Assembly: GCA_036679645.1 (NCBI GenBank)
Contig: JAZDCY010000048.1
Location: 1-15,310, forward strand
DNA: 15,310 nucleotides
Direction: 5' to 3'
From: Gemmatimonadota bacterium
Lineage (GTDB): Bacteria > Gemmatimonadota > Gemmatimonadetes > Gemmatimonadales > GWC2-71-9
The position numbers and the translations under genes were made by a program. How positions within the stretch are numbered: the first letter of the stretch is position 1; every line of letters starts with the position of its first letter. This document shows positions 8,100 through 15,310 of this stretch, in pieces. The notes below the pieces were generated by a model. The model did not search any database and was not told the origin of the DNA. It saw only the letters and a list, made by a program, of their open reading frames with translations.

Positions 8100-10214
8100 T
8101 CACGGCGACGTCGTCCGCTCTGGCTCGTCTATCAGCCAATGACTAAACCAACTCCGAATCCGCTCCAGCCGATCCACCAACAGCCATGGCTCACCACGCC
8201 GCGACAGCCCGTGTGACGAGCGCGGGTAACGCACGAACTCGACCGGTATATGCCGGCGCTGCAGCGCCATGAACCAATCCTCGCCGTTCGGCATGGGCGT
8301 ACGGAAGTCGTTTTCGCTGTGAATGATCAACGTTGGCGCGGTGACGTTCTCGACATACGAGATGGGTGACAGTCGGCGGTACACCTCGCGCTTTTCCCAG
8401 GGCGGGCCGTAGAACGCGTGCTCCATGAGTCCGGTCGCGTCTGATGTGGCGTACATTATCTCCCAGCTCGTGATCGAGCGACTCGTCACGGCGGCCGCAA
8501 ACCGGTCGCTGGTCGCGGTGAGCCAATTGGTCATGTACCCACCGTAGCTGCCGCCCGAGACGCCGACACGATCCGGATCGATGTCCGAGTACTTCTGCAC
8601 CGCGGCTGTTACACCACCCAGGTAGTCCTCGCTATCCACCTCACCCCAGGCGCCGCGTGTGGCGAATTGGAAGTCGTGTCCGTAACCGGTGGAGCCGCGC
8701 GGGTTGGTGTAGAGCACGTAGAATCCCGCGGCAGACAAGACGTGGAATGTCTGAAAGAACGTGTTGCCGTACGCACCATACGGGCCGCCGTGGATCTTGA
8801 GGATCATCGGATACGTCCGGCCGGATTCCCAGCCGACCGGCTTGATGACCCACCCCTCCACCTCGGTGCCGTCTGCCACACGCCACGACAGCTGTTCGGG
8901 GGGCATTAGTGTGACCTCGCTGAGCCACTCGTCGTTGAACGACGTGAGGCGCACCTCGTTGGAGCCATCCGCGCGCGACACGAAGACCTCCGTCGGGTGT
9001 TGGACGTCGGTCGATGTGTATGCGAGATAGCGACCGTCGCTGGTGGTCGTGAGCGACCCAACGCGCCGGCCTCCGGTGGTGATCTGCCGCACCACGCCGT
9101 CCCGCGCCGACACCTCGAGCAGGCGCCGATCACCGCCGACTCCGGCCACGAACCGGAGCGCGCGGCCATTCTGCGTCCACTCGGGACTGCCGGGGATGAG
9201 ATCCCAGTCGCCGGTCAGCATGCGCGGCTCGCCGTCAAAGGTGCCGTCTTCGTCAAGATCGACGACCATGATCTCGGGCTGGACGTCGCGGGCCAACGTT
9301 TGCACGAATGCGAGCTGCCGGCCGTCGGGTGAGATGTCCGCACCAGTCTCCGAACCTGGGTTGGTGGTCAACACGAGCGGGTCGCCGCCATCGAGGGCGA
9401 CCGCGTACAGTTCCTGGGTGCTCTCGTCGTTCCACTCGTCGTCTTCGAGAGGATTCCCGCCAAAGATGATAGTGTTCCGGTCCGGGATCCAGTCGATGCC
9501 GCGCACGTTGAACGGCATGTCGGTGAGCTGACGCGGCTCACCTCCCGCGGCGGCGACGACGAACAGCTGTGACTTGTCGCGCGTCGCGGGATCCGGCAGC
9601 AACGTCTGCGTACCGTCCCGCTTGTACCGGCGTGACGTGATAACGCGACCGTCGAAACGCGATGGGTCGAGCGTGTGACTGATCGCATTTGGTGAAATCC
9701 AACCTTCGCGCTTGTTCGGCTCTCCGCTCCCGCCCTCTGTTTCTTCTTCATCGTCCTTCGGCGCCCGCGTGAAGGCGATCCACTCCCCATCCGGCGACCA
9801 CGTGGGCGACGCGTCCACGCCCTCGATGTGATACGCCTCGCCACCCGGCGCCGTGACACGCATGAACCAGACGCTATTCGTGTCGTCGCCGCGCCGAGAC
9901 GTAAAGGAGAGAACGGTCCCGTCCGGTGACCAGTGCGGGTTGGTGGACCCTTCAGTGGGGTCGGTAAAGCGGAAGGACTCGCCCTCGGGCCGGCCGTCGT
10001 GTAGTCGCTGGAGCCAGATCTCGCGGTGCCGCTTGTTGTCTGCTTCGTTGATCGTGGTGACGACGAACGCTACGAGGCCGCCGGTGGGCGAAATCTCGGT
10101 ATTGCCCACGAAGGTCATGCCGTAGTAGTCCGTCGGGAGGAGACCGCGGATTTGGGCGTGGGCGGTCGTGGCTGAGAGGAGCAAGAGGGACAGAGCGAAC
10201 AGGGTGGGGCGCAT
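8100..10214 (-). CDS. Secreted S9 family serine peptidase (dipeptidyl aminopeptidase/acylaminoacyl peptidase type) with beta-propeller
   Basis: Motifs IHGGP, NPRGSTGYG, nucleophile GGSYGG, ENDFR (Asp) and SSHGL (His), plus PD40-like WSPDG repeats. GGAGG at 10226-10222 precedes MRPTLFALSLLLLSATTAHA, so the start is 10214 rather than 10268. Confidence 0.93.
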   Translation of the reverse strand: MRPTLFALSLLLLSATTAHAQIRGLLPTDYYGMTFVGNTEISPTGGLVAFVVTTINEADNKRHREIWLQRLHDGRPEGESFRFTDPTEGSTNPHWSPDGTVLSFTSRRGDDTNSVWFMRVTAPGGEAYHIEGVDASPTWSPDGEWIAFTRAPKDDEEETEGGSGEPNKREGWISPNAISHTLDPSRFDGRVITSRRYKRDGTQTLLPDPATRDKSQLFVVAAAGGEPRQLTDMPFNVRGIDWIPDRNTIIFGGNPLEDDEWNDESTQELYAVALDGGDPLVLTTNPGSETGADISPDGRQLAFVQTLARDVQPEIMVVDLDEDGTFDGEPRMLTGDWDLIPGSPEWTQNGRALRFVAGVGGDRRLLEVSARDGVVRQITTGGRRVGSLTTTSDGRYLAYTSTDVQHPTEVFVSRADGSNEVRLTSFNDEWLSEVTLMPPEQLSWRVADGTEVEGWVIKPVGWESGRTYPMILKIHGGPYGAYGNTFFQTFHVLSAAGFYVLYTNPRGSTGYGHDFQFATRGAWGEVDSEDYLGGVTAAVQKYSDIDPDRVGVSGGSYGGYMTNWLTATSDRFAAAVTSRSITSWEIMYATSDATGLMEHAFYGPPWEKREVYRRLSPISYVENVTAPTLIIHSENDFRTPMPNGEDWFMALQRRHIPVEFVRYPRSSHGLSRRGEPWLLVDRLERIRSWFSHWLIDEPERTTSP

Positions 10215-10385
10215 CGGTGAGCCTCCGAGAACTGGATTGTAGTACGGTAAAGATGCGTCACAGGACAAGACTCCGCGAGAGATGGACAGCTAGTGATTGC
10301 AAACTAGTGATCGTCGATTTGGGAGACATGTAGACCAATCACCAATCATCTGGTGTCGCTACAGGGCCACGGATAGCTTCTCCCG

Positions 10386-10728
10386 ATGCAACGCGGAGAG
10401 ATGGTTCGCACCGAACTGATCGCCGGCGCCACGACCTTCCTGGCAATGGCCTACATCATCTTCGTCCAATCCGCCGTGCTCTCCGGGGCCATGCTCGGCA
10501 CGGACACCGGGATGGACTTCGGCGCGGTCACGACCGCCGCCTGTCTCTCCGCCGCACTCGCCACCATCATCATGGGCCTCTACGCCAATTACTCGGCTGC
10601 GTTGGCGCCCGGGTGTCGTATCCGGTTGTCAATCGTTGTCGGGGAAAGGCAAGGAATTGAAGCCGTCGATGTGGGTGCTGGCGGGTCTGGTGCTGGTGTA
10701 CTTCATCTTTGTGCGGTCAGGGATCTAG
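10386..10728 (+). pseudogene. AzgA/NCS2-family purine permease remnant with large internal deletion and frameshift
   Basis: The N-terminus VRTELIAGATTFLAMAYIIFV...MGLYANYSAALAPG ends at about 10613. It is joined to family-like C-terminal sequence in other frames: VSYPVV (10613-10630), then LSGKGKELKPSMWVLAGLVLVYFIFVRSGI* (10636-10728). Confidence 0.85.
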
Positions 10729-10799
10729 AGACGGCTACTGTGAGGGGTTGCCGCGATAGGCATCAGGCGCGACCGGGGTCCGCTTTTGCATACCTATCA

Positions 10800-10831
10800 C
10801 TGAGCGTCTGAGCAAGTGAGCGTCTGAGCAG
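10800..10831 (+). repeat. Degenerate octamer array, 4 units
   Basis: CTGAGCGT CTGAGCAA GTGAGCGT CTGAGCAG, similar to the CTGAGCAC array at 11896-11991. Confidence 0.65.
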
Positions 10832-10889
10832 TTGGACGTGGAAGGTCCCGGACCCCATTCTGATGTGCAACTTTCTCATGGCGGCTCTC

Positions 10890-11747
10890 ATGCGTGCTCT
10901 CACTGTATTCGTTGCGGTGTTGCTCCTCACAGCCGGCGCCGCGTTCGGTCAGGCTGCGAATCGTCCGGCCAATCGGATGGCTGCTGCGGTTGCGTGGGAT
11001 GCCGGCCGTGATCGGCTCGTACTGTTTGGCGGCACGGTACCATCCGCCGACGAACCGCTCGGCGATACGTGGGAGTGGGACGGCACACAGTGGTACCTCA
11101 TGTCCCCACCGGAGTCGCCGCAGGCGAGGATGAATGGTGGGTTGGTTTACGATGCCGCGCACGAACGCGTTCTCCTGCACGGCGGATTCACACCGCAGGG
11201 CGCGCTCGACGATACGTGGACCTGGGACGGCGAGCGATGGACGCGCATGACGGCAGACGGGCCCGGGGTGCGCGCGTTTCATGCCATGACGTATGACCCC
11301 CAGTCGGAACGTGTGCTGCTCTTTGGTGGTATCGGGGGAGACGATGGCAAAGTCCTGAACGACGTGTGGGCGTGGGACGGGTCGCGGTGGGACCGGCTCG
11401 AGGAAGGAACGACGATCGAAGGACCCGGACCATACGCGATCACGCGCATGCGCGCGTATCGCGCCGCGATGAGGAGCGACCTGCGGAATCTAGCGACAGC
11501 CCAGGAGTCATACTTCGCCGACAACGTGACGTATGCGGCATCTCTCGATGCACTTGGTGACTACTTCACGACATCCGGTGGCGTGACCATCCGCATCCTT
11601 GCCGCATCGGCAAGAGGCTGGGCCGGAGTAGCGGTGCACGAGCAAGTGCCGGATGGCAAGTGCGGCATTTACATAGGCGACGCGACCCCGCCGTTTCCGG
11701 AGGTGAGAAACGAGGGCGAGGTGAGATGTACGGGTCTCCCTGGCTGA
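10890..11747 (+). CDS. Secreted protein with kelch-like repeats fused to a type IV pilin-like head domain
   Basis: Signal-peptide-like MRALTVFVAVLLLTAGAAFG. Three repeats of the form D...R(L/V)xL(F/H)GG...D(T/V)WxWDGxxW. The C-terminus AYRAAMRSDLRNLATAQESYFADNVTY...GW...C...EGEVRC resembles a pilin alpha1-C helix plus head with a Cys pair. The start could also be 10863 or 10878. Confidence 0.72.
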   Translation: MRALTVFVAVLLLTAGAAFGQAANRPANRMAAAVAWDAGRDRLVLFGGTVPSADEPLGDTWEWDGTQWYLMSPPESPQARMNGGLVYDAAHERVLLHGGFTPQGALDDTWTWDGERWTRMTADGPGVRAFHAMTYDPQSERVLLFGGIGGDDGKVLNDVWAWDGSRWDRLEEGTTIEGPGPYAITRMRAYRAAMRSDLRNLATAQESYFADNVTYAASLDALGDYFTTSGGVTIRILAASARGWAGVAVHEQVPDGKCGIYIGDATPPFPEVRNEGEVRCTGLPG

Positions 11748-11804
11748 TGTAGGGCGGCTCACGAGGCAAGGTGAGTGATTGCGTAGCCCACCTGGTTCCA
11801 TGTG

Positions 11805-11840
11805 CCCCGGGCCTACGTCCCGCGGTTGGGGGAGCGGGAT
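11805..11840. repeat. REP-like element, copy 2 (degenerate)
   Basis: CCCCGGGCCTACGTCCCGCGGTTGGGGGAGCGGGAT aligns to 4601-4635 with 31 identities over 36 columns (hand alignment). Confidence 0.55.
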
Positions 11841-11895
11841 GACCCTCACCCCGCCCAATAACGTTTGCTTCGACCGATGTCCTGTCGCTATCCGT

Positions 11896-11991
11896 CTGAG
11901 CACCTGAGCACCTGAGCACCTGAGCACCTGAGCACCTGAGCACCTGAGCACCTGAGCACCTGAGCACCTGAGCACCTGAGCACCTGAGCAC
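11896..11991 (-). repeat. Perfect octamer tandem array, 12 x CTGAGCAC (GTGCTCAG on minus strand)
   Basis: Twelve exact units, 96 bp, directly abutting the FKBP stop codon at 11992-11994. Confidence 0.97.
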
Positions 11992-12672
11992 CTATTCGAT
12001 CGCCAGCAACTCCACTTCGAAGATTAGCGTGGCGTTCGGGCCAATGTCCGGCGGTGATCCATTGGGTCCGTACGCCAGGTTGCCGGGGATGTAGAATTTG
12101 TACTTGCTCCCGACGGCCATGAGTTGCAGGCCTTCGGTCCAACCCGCGATCACGCGGTTGAGCGCAAAGGTGACACCGTCGTTCGCGTCGAACTCCGTGC
12201 CGTCGATCAGGGTGCCGCGGTATTGAACGCGCACGCGGTCAGTCACCGCGGGACGCGGCCCGTTTCCTTCCGTAAGAACCTCGTACTGTAACCCGCTCGC
12301 CGTCGTCGTCACTTCGCCACGCATGCTGTTCTCCTCTAGAAATGCGCGTCCGGCCGCTTCGCTCTGGCCGCCTTGTGCCTGTTGGCGGGCGGCGCGAGCC
12401 TGACCGGCCTGAATGGCCAGACGCTGCGTAAGTCCCCTCATCTCGAACTCGGTGAGCACGGCGTTATCGGCGAGAGCCTCTTCCAGGCCCGCGACCATGT
12501 TGGGGACGGAGACCTCGATCTCCTCGTGCTGCAGGTTCGCAGCCATCGCCATACCCAGCGCGTAACTGGCGGAGTCGTTAAAGGTCTCGAGGTTGGCGCT
12601 TGCGCCGCCACCGCAACCGGCGAGACCAGCGGCAACCGTCACGAGGGCCAGGCCCCGAAGTGCGTGCTTCAT
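11992..12672 (-). CDS. FKBP-type peptidyl-prolyl cis-trans isomerase (FkpA/FklB/Mip type), predicted lipoprotein
   Basis: Lipobox LAGC; N-terminal dimerisation domain with SYALG; motifs [38 protein letters not shown] and [18 protein letters not shown] at 12680-12675. Confidence 0.95.
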   Translation of the reverse strand: MKHALRGLALVTVAAGLAGCGGGASANLETFNDSASYALGMAMAANLQHEEIEVSVPNMVAGLEEALADNAVLTEFEMRGLTQRLAIQAGQARAARQQAQGGQSEAAGRAFLEENSMRGEVTTTASGLQYEVLTEGNGPRPAVTDRVRVQYRGTLIDGTEFDANDGVTFALNRVIAGWTEGLQLMAVGSKYKFYIPGNLAYGPNGSPPDIGPNATLIFEVELLAIE

Positions 12673-12836
12673 GTTCCTCCCAAGAGTCGTGAATGCCGAA
12701 AAACAGTCCGGGGAAGATAATGGGTGTCAGGCGGAAGGGCCCACCCCACTCCTTGCCATCTGCATCCACCGGCAACAGAATCAGCTCTCTCCGGTCGTGC
12801 ATTGGGCGGTCGTTAGGGACCTCTCGACACGCCCGC

Positions 12837-12845
12837 TGGTATGTT
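12837..12845 (+). promoter_or_regulatory. Possible extended -10 promoter of the xdhC cluster
   Basis: TGgTATGTT about 30 bp upstream of ATG 12876. Motif resemblance only. Confidence 0.3.
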
Positions 12846-12875
12846 GTCGATGACCGGGTGCCGCTGGGAGTGTGC

Positions 12876-13958
12876 ATGAAGCATTGGCAGGAAACACGCG
12901 ATATCCTGTACCGCGCAGCGGCAAGCGTTGCGGCGGGGCGAGCGGTTGCGCTGGCGACCGTAGTGCGCATCGCGGGATCGGCCTACAGGCGGCCCGGCGC
13001 CAAGCTCCTGATCGAACCGTCCGGGAACACGCTTGGTGGGGTGAGCGGCGGTTGCCTCGAGGCCGATGTCCGCGAGATCGGACGTGGCGTCGCGGCTGGT
13101 GGCGCGCCGGTGCTGCGGCGGTACGAGACGGGCGCCGACGAGAATACCGTGTGGGGGCTGGGGATGGGGTGCGACGGCACCGTCGATGTGTTCGTGCAGG
13201 CCATCACCGCGACATCGACCGACTTATGGAACGAGGTCAGAAGGCTGCTCGACGGCGGTGAGCCGTTCGCCATTTCGACCGTGCTTTCCGGTGACGCCGC
13301 CGGCCGGTCTATCATAACGCTCGATGGCAAGGCGGTCGCCGGCACGACCGGCGACGGCCTGCTCGATGTGGAGATCGTCCGGTGTGCGGGGGCTCAGGTA
13401 GCGGCGCGCAGGTCGCACATCGAAGACATCGAGACGGCCACCGTATTCACCGACGTGCTCATCCCTCCACCGTGGCTCGTTGTCTGTGGCGCGGGTGACG
13501 ACGCGATTCCGCTCGTACGACTCGCGAGCAGTACCGGACTCCGAGTCGCCGTGGCAGATCACCGATCCGCCTATCTCGACGCCAAGCGATTCCCCGAGGC
13601 GTCCATGCTCGTCGAGGCGCGGGCCGAGCACGGGTTGGGGGAACTCCCGGTTGGAAGTGACTGCTTTGGTGTCGTCATGACGCACTCGGCAGATCAAGAC
13701 CGGGAGTGGGTGCGGCATCTGCTCGACTCACCGGTGCCATACATCGGGGTGCTCGGGCCGCGCACGCGCGTCGAAAAGATGCTGGATGAACTCGGCGTCG
13801 CGGGCCAGAAGCGCGTGTTCGGACCGATCGGCGTGGATATCGGGGCCGACGGACCCGAGCAGATTGCGGTGAGTATCCTGGCCGAGATCCTAGGCGTTCG
13901 TAGCGGTCGACAGCCGTCCCACCTCCGAGAGCGGAAAGTTGCCATCCACGCGGTCTGA
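12876..13958 (+). CDS. xdhC: XdhC/CoxI family molybdoenzyme maturation factor
   Basis: Motifs ALATVVRIAGSAYRRPGAK, GGVSGGCLEAD, GMGCDG, VVMTHS, YIGVLGPR and GPIGVDIGADGPEQIAVSILAEI. GGGAG at 12866-12870 precedes ATG 12876, so the ORF-track start at 12693 is probably too long. Confidence 0.92.
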   Translation: MKHWQETRDILYRAAASVAAGRAVALATVVRIAGSAYRRPGAKLLIEPSGNTLGGVSGGCLEADVREIGRGVAAGGAPVLRRYETGADENTVWGLGMGCDGTVDVFVQAITATSTDLWNEVRRLLDGGEPFAISTVLSGDAAGRSIITLDGKAVAGTTGDGLLDVEIVRCAGAQVAARRSHIEDIETATVFTDVLIPPPWLVVCGAGDDAIPLVRLASSTGLRVAVADHRSAYLDAKRFPEASMLVEARAEHGLGELPVGSDCFGVVMTHSADQDREWVRHLLDSPVPYIGVLGPRTRVEKMLDELGVAGQKRVFGPIGVDIGADGPEQIAVSILAEILGVRSGRQPSHLRERKVAIHAV

Positions 13959-14556
13959 CGCTCCCGTCAGCGGTATCGTACTCGCCGCCGGCGATTCGTC
14001 CCGCATGGGTCGCAACAAGCTGCTGTTGCAGGTTGGCGGTGAGCCGGTCGTGCGTCGCACGGTGCGACACGCAATCGAGGCTGGACTGTCACCGGTCGTA
14101 GTGGTGCTTGGTTTTGAAGCAGACAAGGTGCAAGGAGCGCTCGAGGGTCTCTCGTACGCTCCCGCCCGCAACGCAGCGTTCGACAAAGGAATCAACGGTT
14201 CGGTTCAACTCGGGATCGCACATGTACCGGCCCAGGCTCCCGCCGCGATCGTCGTGCTCGCTGACATGCCGCTCGTGACGGGTGACATGATCGCCGCCGT
14301 GGTGGAGCGATACCGCGAGACCGGCGCGCCGCTGGTGATCTCCGAGTACGATGGTGTGCGCGCGCCACCAACCCTCTACGACCGGTCGCTCTTTGCCGAG
14401 TTCACAGACGCAGAGGGAGAAGGCTGCGGCAAACGCGTCGTGAAACGCCATCGCGAGGAGGCCGCCGCGGTCAAGTGGCCCGGGACCGCGCTCGCCGATC
14501 TCGACGTCCCTCAGGATTATGAGCGCGTGAAGGCGCTGGTTGCGGAACCCGTCTGA
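13939..14556 (+). CDS. mocA: Molybdenum cofactor cytidylyltransferase (MocA/YgfJ-like nucleotidyltransferase)
   Basis: Motifs LAAGDSSRMGRNKLLL, LADMP, PPTLY and DLDVPQDY. The gene overlaps both XdhC neighbours. Start uncertain. Confidence 0.85.
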   Translation: MPSTRSDAPVSGIVLAAGDSSRMGRNKLLLQVGGEPVVRRTVRHAIEAGLSPVVVVLGFEADKVQGALEGLSYAPARNAAFDKGINGSVQLGIAHVPAQAPAAIVVLADMPLVTGDMIAAVVERYRETGAPLVISEYDGVRAPPTLYDRSLFAEFTDAEGEGCGKRVVKRHREEAAAVKWPGTALADLDVPQDYERVKALVAEPV

Positions 14557-15310
14557 TGCGCGCCGATCTGCTGCACCTCGCTGCCGATCTCTCACGCCGT
14601 GGGGAGCCTTTCGTGCTGGCGACGGTGGTGCGTCGCGAGCCTCCGAGCTCGGCTCGTACGGGAGACGCGGCGCTGATCACGCAAGGTGGGGCCTTCCACG
14701 GATGGCTCGGCGGTAGCTGCACACAGCCCACGGTCATACGCGAAGCGCAGCGGGCTCTCCATGATGGTGCGCCGCGGTTGATCGCCCTGCATCCCGATCC
14801 ATCGACCGAGACCCGTCCGGGCGTCACCGCGTTGCCGATGACGTGCCATAGCGGAGGGAGTGTGGACGTGTACATCGAACCCGTTCTGCCGGCGGTACGG
14901 CTACTCGTCTTCGGCGTCGCTCCCGCCTCCCAGGCGATGGTCCGAATTGCCAAGGTCCTCGGCTATTCGGTTGAGGCGATCGATCCGGACGCGGACGTCG
15001 CGACTTTCCCCGAAGCGGATCACATCGTGACCGATCCAACCTCTACGGATCTCGCGCACCGGGCCAAACGTGACCCGGCGCGCCTGTACGCGATTGTCGC
15101 AACGCTCGGCGTGGATGATGAGACGCCTTTACAACAGGCGCTCGCGCTGGCACCGGCGTACGTGGGGCTGATTGCGAGTCGCAAGCGTTTCGCCGAACTC
15201 CGCGAGCTGCTCGTGGCACGGGGCGTATCCCCCAATGCCGTCGACTCGATCTCCTGTCCGGCCGGTCTCGACATCGGCGCCATTTCACCGGAAGAGATTG
15301 CGCTCAGCGT
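14556..15310 (+). CDS. Second XdhC/CoxF family protein (3' end outside window; absent from ORF track)
   Basis: ATG overlaps the previous stop (TGATG). Hand translation gives MRADLLHLAADLSRRGEPFVLATVVRREPPSSAR...GWLGGSCTQP...PMTCHSGGSVDVYIEP...YVGLIASRKR...CPAGLDIGAISPEEIALS, open to the window end. Confidence 0.92.
   Translation, partial: MRADLLHLAADLSRRGEPFVLATVVRREPPSSARTGDAALITQGGAFHGWLGGSCTQPTVIREAQRALHDGAPRLIALHPDPSTETRPGVTALPMTCHSGGSVDVYIEPVLPAVRLLVFGVAPASQAMVRIAKVLGYSVEAIDPDADVATFPEADHIVTDPTSTDLAHRAKRDPARLYAIVATLGVDDETPLQQALALAPAYVGLIASRKRFAELRELLVARGVSPNAVDSISCPAGLDIGAISPEEIALS

Noticed and set aside
11508..12142. ORFs reading VLRCSGAQ repeats
   Set aside because: Translations of the octamer array that overlap real genes.
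14471..15288. Minus-strand ORFs at the window end
   Set aside because: Shadows of the plus-strand XdhC-family gene starting at 14556.

Overview
GC-rich bacterial window. The gene content suggests Gemmatimonadota, which is an inference. Gene order: partial amidase; membrane Ser/Thr kinase with TPR-like C-terminus; secreted DUF4412-like protein; MatB-like acyl-CoA synthetase (-); tandem DUF2911 protein; four-helix-bundle (23S-IVS/Avd-like) gene; S9 peptidase (-); internally deleted AzgA/NCS2 permease pseudogene; kelch-like/pilin-head fusion; FKBP-type PPIase lipoprotein (-); and an XdhC-MocA-XdhC molybdoenzyme maturation cluster whose last gene is missing from the ORF track. The most striking signal is non-coding. 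The four-helix-bundle gene lies between inverted heptamer arrays (21 x GATTRGA on the left, TCYAATC on the right) that form a perfect 32-bp inverted repeat. These arrays, and a separate 12 x CTGAGCAC array, begin at or supply the stop codons of neighbouring genes. Degenerate relics of both repeat types and a dispersed ~36-bp REP-like element occur elsewhere in the window.
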